Source: Owenia fusiformis (Eukaryota). From it: a stretch of 64,000 nucleotides of DNA. Below, one piece after another: positions 13,201-23,600 of the stretch. Position 1 is the stretch's first letter; every line of letters begins with the position of its first letter. The translations under genes and the position numbers were made by a program. The stretch covers positions 30,256,001 through 30,320,000 of the forward strand of contig CAIIXF020000001.1 of assembly GCA_903813345.2 (NCBI GenBank), read 5' to 3'. Below the pieces are notes generated by a model. That model did not search any database and was not told the DNA's origin. It was given only the letters and a program-made list of their open reading frames with translations.

Positions 13201-14852
13201 ACCACTCTCATACCTGAACTTGCAATACTACATTACACTGCCACAGCGGTCATACCAAGCCTTGCAATACTACATTACATTGTCATGGTCATGCCAGGCC
13301 TTGCAGTACTATATTACATTGTCACGGTCATGGCAGGCCTTGCAATACTATATTACCTTGTCACGGTCATGCCAGGCTTTGCAATACACATTGTCACGGT
13401 TATGGCAGTCCTATCATAAACATTACATTGTCACTGTCATGGCAGGCCTTGCAATACTGTATTACATGGTCACGGCCATGCCAGGCCTTGCAGTACTATA
13501 TGACAGTGTCACGGTCATGCCCGGCTTTGCTATAAACATTGTCACGGTTATAGCAGTCCTAATCATAAATTATTGCAAGGCCTGTCATGACCGTGGTAAT
13601 GTTAAAGCCTAATATGACCGTGACAATGCTTATAAGGCCTGTCATGACCGTGGTAATGTTAAAGCCCCGTATGACCGTGACAATAGTTGCAAGGCCTCTC
13701 GTGACCGTGGTTGTATTTAAAGTAGCATGAGAACACTGTAATGACAATTTTTCTTCGTGTTTAACTACCTTAAATATGTAAATAAAGACTACTAAAAATA
13801 TGTATTAATTTCACAGTGAAAACCTAATTTTTACTCATAAATTTGCGAACAAACTATATCTCTACTCTCATTCAAGGAGCTTCGATTCGAAAGCATATAC
13901 TTTCTATAATGATCAATTAATAAGATTTATTCATAAAAAATACCAACAGCAACGGGCGAAACATGAAGGTCATTAATGTCATATAAAGGTTGCGGTTGCG
14001 CCAGGCTTACACGATTACACTACCACGGTCATGGCAGGCTTTTTAAAATAATACAGCATTGTCGCGGTTATACCAGGCTTTCACGATAACATTACCACGG
14101 TCATGGCAGGATCCTTGCGCTACTTAAAAAACACCGAATAACACGGTGACGGTTACGCCAGGCGTTAGTCTTGCAACAGATAGAGTCTCCCCCACTTTGG
14201 AACAGAGAGGGAGGTGGATTTTCTTTTCAGGACAATTCTATTATATGTTCCAGTGTATTAGTTCAACAAGTTAAACCTAGTCTGGGCCTTATTTCTTCTC
14301 TGACATATCTTGTGGCCCGCCCTAGGTTTAACTTCCGTGCCTATTCAGCCCTTGATGCAAAAAAATTTAATGGTGGCCTATGGTTCCGCATGAAATTTGA
14401 TGCGCGTTTAATTAATAACTGATGGTGGGAATTTGCAACAAACGAAAGCATAGCACGGAAGTTAAACCCAACCACGGCAACACGAACATTCAGATTAAAA
14501 AATGAAAGCCGTGGTATTGGGTTTAACTTGTTGAACTACCAGTGTATGTGCTATTTGCCATGTTTTATATCACTTAATGTATTCATCACAATAATAATGG
14601 ACTCTGCTCATTCTAAATATGATCTTTGAACTGGCAACTATGATTTTTATACCAATTGAAATTTATGGATATTTATCTTTATTTTTCTATTGAACCATAA
14701 CATCGATTCTGAAAAATATTACACCGGACGATTATGTATAATAAGATGACAGATATGAATATGTTTTAATTGGTATAACACTTACCATTTTTGGGTAAAC
14801 TTTGAATTACTTTTACGGCTGCATCAAACTTTTCTTTAGCTGTAGCCGCCAT
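4253..14852 (-). CDS. ACBD5: Acyl-CoA-binding domain-containing protein 5 (peroxisomal tail-anchored ACBD4/5 family), 9 coding exons
   Basis: Exons joined at GT-AG with consistent phase: 14786-14852, 11260-11380, 8019-8091, 7549-7732, 6671-6951, 5843-6272, 5374-5545, 4780-4858, 4253-4369. The N-terminus MAATAKEKFDAAVKVIQSLPKNGSYQPSYSLMLRFYGLFKQASEGDCTQPKPAFWEVVKKAKWDAW is an ACB domain. Also present: FFAT-like DSDGEEFCDTSE, coiled coil NEQIATALVRLQQDMNSVLTRLNTLE, and C-terminal SWWPF...IWPFIAHW...RRRR membrane anchor. The donor at 7549 (GTACAC) is the weakest boundary. Confidence 0.93.
8186..10929. mobile_element. 2.7-kb non-autonomous DNA transposon in ACBD5 intron 2
   Basis: Perfect 28-bp TIR GGCATTTTCACGAATAAGTGACACTTTT, flanked by TATGA on both sides (or ATG if the TIR is extended by one base). 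An internal motif TGAGGTGTCCGTAATG recurs. Confidence 0.85.
12241..12380. mobile_element. MITE with TAGTTCAAC TIR and 9-bp TSD ACTTACAAG
   Basis: TSD at 12232-12240 and 12381-12389; same family as 14259-14538, in opposite orientation. Confidence 0.75.
12459..14183. mobile_element. Foldback-like element with long TIRs and internal 36-39-bp minisatellite arrays
   Basis: TIR CTATCTATTGCAAGACTAACGCCTGG...GGATCCTGCCATGACCGTGG is mirrored at about 14095-14183. The unit CCTTGCAATACTATATTACATTGTCACGGTCATGGCAGG repeats at about 13060-13560 and is inverted at about 13575-13715. Confidence 0.8.
14259..14538. mobile_element. MITE with TAGTTCAACAAGTTAAACC TIR and 9-bp TSD CCAGTGTAT
   Basis: Perfect 19-bp TIR; TSD at 14250-14258 and 14539-14547. 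Confidence 0.85.
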
Positions 14853-14874
14853 GTTTGTTTGTGACCTCTGCTAA

Positions 14875-14897
14875 GTCACATGACTTGGTCACATGAT
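14875..14897. promoter_or_regulatory. Tandem M-box/CLEAR-like E-boxes upstream of ACBD5
   Basis: GTCACATGAC (14875-14884) and GTCACATGAT (14888-14897), 23-45 bp upstream of the ATG. Confidence 0.5.
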
Positions 14898-15600
14898 CAA
14901 ATGGAAATGAAAGTGCAAGAATGAAAGTATAATGAACAACTTTTGCTCATATTGATATCTGAGAATAATTTGGTTTGTTATAAAATTAACACTTGATGCT
15001 GCACATCTCGTGCAAATTTCGGAAAGTAACACCATATCTATTGAATGCCCTTCAACGAATGGTCATTCCAAATTGAACTGTGTCAAGGGCTTAATCCTAA
15101 ATTCATAACTGATTTTAGGAAACAACGCAAAGGAATGGGTATTCCACAATGCATTGAGTCTTGGGATTAGATTATTTTCACACATTGCAAAATATTTTCT
15201 ACCATGCCATTTTCCACCTTTCCAAGATACAAAATCACTAAAAGGACATATTTTTCAATGAAACTTTTTGCAAGGGTCAAGTTGGCAAAGCATCAATTTC
15301 AATTTGTAGAATGCAATTCTCACCTTGACAACCATTGACAAACATTCAATGGATGTGGTGATCTAGAATTGGACACACCTTGTATAGCTATGTGTGAAAC
15401 CATCACCATCTTGGCAGAGGAAAGTAAGCAGTATGTACATTTGTAATATAAACATACTGTATATATGTAGCAAGATAAATGAAAACAAGATGGTCATTTA
15501 TTGGCAAATTTCAACTTTTCCTAAACAATGAAGACAAAAATCCATAGTATTTTTATGTATTGTATAAAGTCAAGGCAGTTTTTACAAATAAATTTTGAAG

Positions 15601-15788
15601 CAGGGTTCAGGCGAACCCCCCTGGCCAAAAATTCTTTCAAAATCATACAGTTTTTCACCATTTTGAGCACTTCTCAAGTGATTTTAGCCATATTTGGGCC
15701 AAGATTTTCAAATGTAAACCCCCCCTGGAAATCTTTGAAAACTGACCCCCCCCCCCCCCCCCCCCGACTTATTCTGGCTACGGGCCTG
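15601..15788. mobile_element. MITE of the CAGGCCCGTAGCCAGG-TIR family (copy 2, left end truncated)
   Basis: Shares GGCCAAAAATTCTTTCAAAATCAT...CTGGCTACGGGCCTG with 39071-39300. Confidence 0.75.
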
Positions 15789-16442
15789 ATGTTGTTGTTG
15801 AGATGAGGGGGGTCCCAAAACAAAGCCCCCCATGTCCAAAATTAGAATAAAATAGTAAAGGTATGCCCTATTAGAAATTATCATTTTTTGGTCACATTAG
15901 AAGCAAGTAGAAATAATTTTATAATATAAGCATATTTTATTGAATAAGAATATGTTTTATTCTTTAATTTTGATGACATTATGTGTATCAATTATACAAA
16001 AAATAATAATAACAATATGTTGAGATGTTAGCACTGAGGTGTCATTATGTACCAGTTAAATATATTTTCAAAGTACAATAAGATTTTCCTATAAAAATAG
16101 AAGTATTATAGTACATGTGATTTTAAAATGATGCATCCAACCCCAAAAACAGCCAACAATCATTCCAATCCTTGTAATTTATGTAATTGCAATTTTTATT
16201 ATTTTTTGTTCAACACATGGATGCTCAAACATCAAAGGCATGAGGCAGGCATTGTATCTGCCTCTCTAACATAGAAAAATATATTTATTTAGATTTTTTT
16301 CAACTTTACAATGGAAATGAAGTCTAAATGTAGCAATACAGCTCATTTAACCTAAATATGCCATGCCTAATTTCTATCCTGGTTAGGCCCCTGAATAAAT
16401 ATGTGATCATGGCATCATTACACAGATTCATAGCTGGGATCT

Positions 16443-19400
16443 TTAAGATTCAGTATCTGATTCTGTAGATTGTTCTGTATTGTCTGTAACAATGTTACTA
16501 TATGCTGTTGTCTCGCCTTCCCTATCTTCTTCAATTTTAGCCAGAGATGGCCGAGTCTCTGTGTCACTGGTATCTGTTAATGATGTAATACCTTCAGAAT
16601 CTGCAACATAAATCATTAGGACATTAGTTTTATGGATGTTCATCTTGTTTTTGTTTTGGGAAACTTGTGCAAAAGCACCCATGGATTAAATGTTTTTGGA
16701 TTTTGATCTTATAACTCCAAATGTTTCAAATCAAATACAGTGATTTTGAGGCACAAATATCAGGATCAATATATACTATATATCTTAATCTCCAAAAAAC
16801 TTATTTGTTTCTAGTCTATTGTAAAAAAAACAGCGTTTGTAGCCTGTGTGTTTTCTTAATTTTCCCCATTTTATGTTTAATCTCCATCAGTAAAACGTTC
16901 ATTAAAATAAGGCTCACCTGATGTAAGTGCTTTGTCAGAATCCTCCCCTTCAGGCTGGGATTCTGTCTTTGATTTATCAGATGTGTCCTTTATTGTCTCA
17001 GCACTGGCACTAGCTGCACTCTCTGCAGCCTTCTCACTTTCTGTGGGAGTTGGAGGGGGCACATAGGGTGGTGGGTAGATCACCTCTACTTGCTTTTGAA
17101 GATCCTGAAATTGAAACAATCCACCTTCATTAATAATTTTACTAAACATCATAATAACAAATTAGGGCAATGTACATAGAATATATACAATGAGACAGGA
17201 GTGGAAGCAAGTACACCAAGTACCTATTGTACAATTGAAATATTTTTGTATGATCTAATGAGATTATTAAAACAACATCTGACTGTACACGTCAATTTTG
17301 TTAGATGCTTACCTTAATTATTTCTGTAAGTTTATTTTTTGTTGTTTCTCCAATATCAATGTCCTGCACCACATTCCAGTAACCTTTGGGAGACATAGCA
17401 ACTGGGAATGAACAGACCAGGCCTTCAGGGACACCATACCATCCTAAGTAATATACAATAGTTTAACATGATTCAAAATAGCTTGAGACAACATTCATGC
17501 AAGATAGCAAATCATGAAAGTTATTATTAATTATAACATTTTTGCTTTGAACACTTCCACTGGGACTCTAGATGTTATGATGGTGCTTTTTACTTTTCAA
17601 AACATAATTTTTCAAACATATCAAAGCAGCCTAGAAAAATTGAAAAATATGGTTGACACTGTAAGAATAGAAAAAATATTTTGGATAAATTACCTTCAGA
17701 GTATACTCCCAGGGAGAATGTCTGTCCAGGTGGGGATCCATTCCACCATTGTGTCATAGCAGACACTATGGCTGCTGCCTGGGAGAAGTGTCCTCCATGC
17801 TGTAACATTGTCTCAACATTCTCTTGCCTGGTTTTCAACAGTTCGACAAATTCTTTCTCAAGCCACTTATCATCATGAACCATCTCTGCACAGTCTACAG
17901 AAAAGGAAGGAGGCCCCCATATAGCCCCATCATAGCCATGGATTCTAGTTTTGGTTAAATCACAGTAATATGTTCCATTTGAGTCACCCCATATTGTCAC
18001 ATTTACTACACCATTAGAGTTCACTTCTAACCTTTCAGCAAGAATAGCTTTAGCATGGTTTTCAACAAGTCTTGGTAAGGCAACAACATTTTGTCTTGGT
18101 ATATTGGGCATATATTGAATCATCATGTAGGCATTGAAGTTAACGGGTCCATTACCAGAGATTAGTACTTTAACGTCTCTTTTAGCTACCTCATTAATAG
18201 CCTCAGCGTAGTTGGTAATATTACGCAAACACCTTTTTATCCAAACATCAAATTCTTCTTCTGATTTTTGACTAAAATCATCCAAGATTATTATTGCGCT
18301 GCAATTTGTGAAAGCTTTCCTACTGTCACTCATAGATGTTATGTTTCTCAATAAAGTATGAGCCAAGTCCATCGCTTCCATCTCAACACCTTTAAGATAT
18401 TCCATCTGCTCTTCATTATCATACAATCGGAGATTGACTTCAATATCCGAGCCAAATACATCCCCTCTCGCAATAGCGTCCAGCATGTTGTAACAAATAT
18501 GGCTGGATGCATTAGTGATACAAATTTCCAGTGGCTTACTAAGACTCTTGAACTGTCTATCTTCCTCATCGAGCTCATTCTTGTACTTCATGTTTTCATC
18601 AGAAACCTTCTTCATGTCATCACTTGTCATATCAGAAAGGATGCCATAGTAACCGTTTGCATATTCTTGAAAGTCATTCACATCTCCAATCAGGGTACCC
18701 TTTCCCCCCCTGTCAACTAGCTCCCGCCATACTATTGGAGATTTTCTATGCATCCAACCATGTTGTTTACATGTATTGTCCAACCATGTCTAAAACATAA
18801 AGTATTTATAAGATTTACAGCAACTAGATTACCTATTACATTGAAGTGGTATCCCACGGGTGAAAGCTCAATGAAACGGTATCTATGCTACATGTAAATG
18901 AGTTTAAAATAACTTGCTATGTTTTGGTCTTTCCATTTTGGCACTTGTGCTAACATGTTGTACATACATCTGCACATGTATTTAGATAAACTAGAACATG
19001 GTATAAAGAACATGTATGCCTTGTCTATTCATGTTAGTAAATATCAAATCAATAAAATGTATAACCTGCCAATCTCCAGGCTGCTTCACTATTTTGTGGA
19101 GTTTAAAGTCGTCTAGGTTCCTTTCAAGCTTATCTGCTAGAAGTTCAGCTCTTGCATAGTAGGGACAGTTTGAACTTCCTAATAAAACAAAAATCAAAAC
19201 TGTCAGCAAAATGACACAAATGATCAGCCAAAGTTGTCAAAAGTGAAGCCCTTGGAATTTTTCAAAAAGTGAAAATCCTGGGTTTGTGCCTGTGATCCAG
19301 TAGACTATATCCTATTTAGTCTGAATTATATTCAGACTATAAGGCACCTATGTTAAAGTTTGGTAATATGAAATATTTGTTTACATAGGAAGTGCTATTC

Positions 19401-20224
19401 AAAATGGCCAATTGGTAAAATTAATTTGCACATTTGTTACTTCAACTAGCTTTATTTCCACTTAACAATATGCGGTGATACTTTTTATTGCATTTAATTG
19501 TACCTTACTATTTAATTGAAATTTTGTAATGTTTATTTTATTGAAGAAATGGTTCCTCTAATTGATAATTTTGTGAAAAAAAATTCACTGCAATTTCCAC
19601 AGGAAAAAAGTACATCATAACAGACTGACTTCTAGTCAGTCTGTTGGATACATACTATGTGATCCAGTGGATATATAAGTACAGTACATGGACAGCCGTA
19701 GCCTAAGATTATCTTTTGTCAGGAATAGACTTTTCTTACCCCACTGAGCTTCAGACAGGCAGAGTCACAATCAGATCACAGGATCTTGTAGCACGTTTAT
19801 GATGACTGATATGGGGCTGCCTGATATCATAGTGCTACATGTCTCTGTGAATCAGATTCAGAATCTGTGTTTTATGTTTGGATAAGAGAAAGGTGATCCA
19901 AGAGATAATTAGTTTACCACCACCTACCATTATGCTACCAGAGCTTACTTAGTTTGCACAAAGCTATCTCCTGGGGGATCTATCTAAAGATTGCTCTGTC
20001 TGTGCAAATGTGTATTGTGTTTTTGGAAATCAACTGAACTGGATCGATTTTTGTAGATTAGTTCAATTATTAGGGAATTCATCTCCAAAATTTTAGATTA
20101 ATAAAGATACTAGCATAAAATGAAGAAAACTGTAAAATGGGATCGATATATTAACATGGTTATCACCGATAAATCTCTGATTGAGTTAAAATTTTCACAA
20201 ACCTGCGATCACAAATTTCGCCAT
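16443..20224 (-). CDS. MDH1B: Putative malate dehydrogenase 1B, 6 coding exons
   Basis: Exons 20203-20224, 19066-19178, 17694-18789, 17313-17443, 16918-17104, 16443-16600. [23 protein letters not shown]...[18 protein letters not shown] is the characteristic MDH1B N-terminus. It is followed by an MDH-like fold ([38 protein letters not shown]) and an acidic low-complexity tail. Confidence 0.93.
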
Positions 20225-20616
20225 CTTGTTTACGTAACCAGTAGCAACGAGATTCTCGTATCTTAGTTTTATTAATTTTATTGATATTGTTTTAAGGCTT
20301 TTACTACATATTGAAATATATATTACTTCATTTAAAAAGAAATTAACATTTTTCAGAATAACATCTCTTCCTAGGAAAACAGAAAATAGCAATTTAATTT
20401 GGATATCACGAAATTACACATTTGCATCTCATTTTAAAAACCAATCAACATGTTAAAGCTGTCTTAATAGTTATTAAATCTATATTTATACCAACTAGCG
20501 AAATCATAATCGAAATGAACATTATGAATTTTCTTCTGAATTGACAATGTTGAACCCAAAGTTAAATGTAAAATTTCGTGATTGTATCAATGTCAGCCTC
20601 ACTCTCCACGTGCAAG
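20225..20616. promoter_or_regulatory. Bidirectional promoter region between MDH1B and NIFK
   Basis: Divergent ATGs at 20224 (-) and 20617 (+). Forkhead TGTTTAC at 20227-20233, X-box GTAACCAGTAGCAAC at 20234-20248, E-box CACGTG at 20607-20612. Both starts read AAGATGGCG. Confidence 0.75.
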
Positions 20617-23600
20617 ATGGCGAAGAAAATCAAATCTGGAACGTTGCCTCAAACCATCTCCTTAGAACCTGGCCTCCAAAAAGAATTCAATAAAACAGTA
20701 AAAGAAATCAAAGATAATGTAAGTACCTACAATTATTTCGATATACATCCTCGGATGATTGTGCATTTTGACATAATCTGATAATACAAACTTTTGCCAA
20801 ACCCGTAGTATGTATCCAACAGACCGAATATTATATTCGGTCTGTTATGATTGATACCCCTGGCATGGAAATGTCGGCGATATTTTGTGCACATAAATAT
20901 CTCGTTTATTACAAGAATGTTCACCTTGAAAATTGGTGAATATGTTGAAAAGATGTTCATCTTAAACTAGAAGCAAAAATATTTGTATAAGGCGGGTACA
21001 AGTTGATATAAAATAATGAAATGTTCAGACTCACCAAAAGTTCAGGATGTGTTCATAAGTACATCGCGAAATCAATGTCAAGGACGTTTTGAGTTCACGA
21101 GATCCAAACGAGATATGCAAATTTTTGAACTTTGACAACACATGACCACTTGATTACCTCGGCCTTCTTCATGAATATTGCCGCTCTATTTACTATAAAT
21201 GACGAGATTAATCGGGATAATGATAATAAATGACTAGATCTAATAAATTCCCGCACAAATGGAATTTATCAATACGCTTCCGTAATGTTGCTCCGTCAGT
21301 TCCACGTGTTATTTGTTTACAAATAGACTGACGTCACTGGCTAAATCTCGTTTATCGTGAGAATTGGCATTGCCAAAATGGCTTGACCTAATCAATGGCT
21401 TCGCTACAAGAAGCGTCTGTACATTTTATGAATATCTTCAGTAAGAGGACAATATACGAAAAAATAATATTGAAAGTTCTTTATAAGGTAATCATTTTAT
21501 CATTAAACAAACTTATTTGTAACATTTATACAACACCACATTTTACAATATGTGACTTACAGTCTGAATTTATTCAGACGAAGGATACAGTCTAGCCAAA
21601 CCCGGAAGTTCATTTTTTGTGTTTTTCAGAATTATATTCAGAAATCAAGAAGGATTGGCTCCCAGGGTCGAAATTCGATATTTTCCAACAATGAAAACGT
21701 CGAAATGTCGTAGTTTTCTAAGATTATAACCGAGTATAAATTCATATTCAACAGTCCAAAAGATTCAAACCAATATCTTGATCATTTGTTGTGAGTTTGG
21801 GATATCTGATATCATAGGCCCCGGGAACATGTATAAAATAGCGAGTCGACATCTGTATTACTACTTCTTCTTTTAGGTGGTCATCCCCAACCAGCAATTA
21901 TGAATATGCCAACTTTCGATGGTTAATTGTGCAAAGATTATCGCTTTTCATTGGGTTTTATATGATTCTAAAGTAAGATAAACTACTAAATAGTAACTTA
22001 CGGTATGAATCATCACAGATATGCGAACTTTCACTTTTTATTGCATCGGTTAGCAAAATACGCGCTTTGAAATCTGAGGGGACCCTGCCGGAAGTTGAAT
22101 AAAAACAGAAAAAATAATCTCTAACTTTAAGTTTTAATTATACTCATGTGTTACAGATTGGAACTGTTTGATAAATATATATTAAAGGTAAATAATTTCA
22201 GTATTGACTGAATACACGAAAAGCTTAATTATAGTAAAAATGTAGTTTGATATAACGTTACTTAACTTTGTCATTATGCTTAAACCAAGGTGTCACTCCT
22301 GTAAATCATTGAAAAATATTGAAAACATTGAAAGTACTTGGCCTCAGCTTTACATACATACCTCAAATGGCCACATTGCATACACTTTAACCTACTATAC
22401 ACACCATAGAAGTTGGCATGGCTTCGTTTTTAAAGTATTAAAAACACCGCAAGTGGTATTTACCGGAGTGACACCCCTACCAGCTATGACAAAAACAAGA
22501 TGGCTGCGGGTCCAGACAAAATTCGAAAGGGAATGATTTGGAATTAACAGGTGATTTAAAGCTAGAGATAGACAGTATAAAAATTCATTAATACACACAA
22601 AAGTTGAACGAAGTATCGATCCTACTTTTGAGTGATAATTGGTAAGCTGGCAAAGCTTAAAATTCGCGAATCGGACCTTAATGCAGTAAGATTCTGGTTG
22701 GGGATGACCACCTAAAAGAAGAAGTAGTAATACAGATGTCTACTCGCTATTTTATACATGTTCCCGGGGCCTATGTCTGATATATTGTAAGGAAATAAGA
22801 CCAAAATTCATGATTCAAATGTTGAAAAGAACAAAATGGTGGCTGTGTGAATTCAAATTTTTGTATCATGATCATAGGCCAAGGGTAAAGTAATAGTAAG
22901 CCGTATATAGAAAAGACAGGTGAACAACTCTGACTTAGACCACTTGTTAAGATGGAGATTTCAACAATATTTAGTGTGTTATTTTCAAAAAGCCATGGGG
23001 AGTTGATAGAAAATTGATAGTTTGTAGCTCTTACCTAAGATTGAAACTCATTCAGATGATATAGAGTGAATAATGCTGTCTAAAAGAGAGAATTTCTGAA
23101 AACCTGCAATTGCTTGGAAAGTTCATTAGTAAACAAGTGATCTGATCAAATAATGCTGTCTAAAAGAGAGAATTTCTGAAAACCTGCAATTGCTTGGAAA
23201 GTTCATTAGTAAACAAGTGATCTGATTGGTCACTGCTGACCTCCCTGACCTCCACCAGTGACAATCAGTTTCAGCTTGCCAGGCAATTGCAGATATCCAT
23301 AGTTGTTGTTTTATATGCAGTATTATATGCAGTCTTTAGATAAAGATTTGAAAAAAACAATGATATAAGTTTCAAAAACACTTTGAAGAAGATTTTGGAG
23401 AGATTTGGGAATACAATTTGATACCAGTAAGGAGAACTAGTGCCAAAACTAAAAAAAATTGAAAATTTTCAATCTTACTTGTGGACCTGTCTCTTCTATA
23501 TACAACTTACTATTACTTTTCCCCTGGCCTATGATCATGATGGGACTGAATATCGATGTTGAACTCTTGGAGCCAATCCTCCTTGTTCACAGACTATGGG

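Noticed and set aside
12793..13747. Hydrophobic repetitive ORFs (208, 130 and 62 aa) that look like a membrane protein, and an array that superficially resembles CRISPR
   Set aside because: They are translations of a 36-39-bp minisatellite inside a foldback element. There are no unique spacers or cas genes, and the context is a eukaryotic intron.
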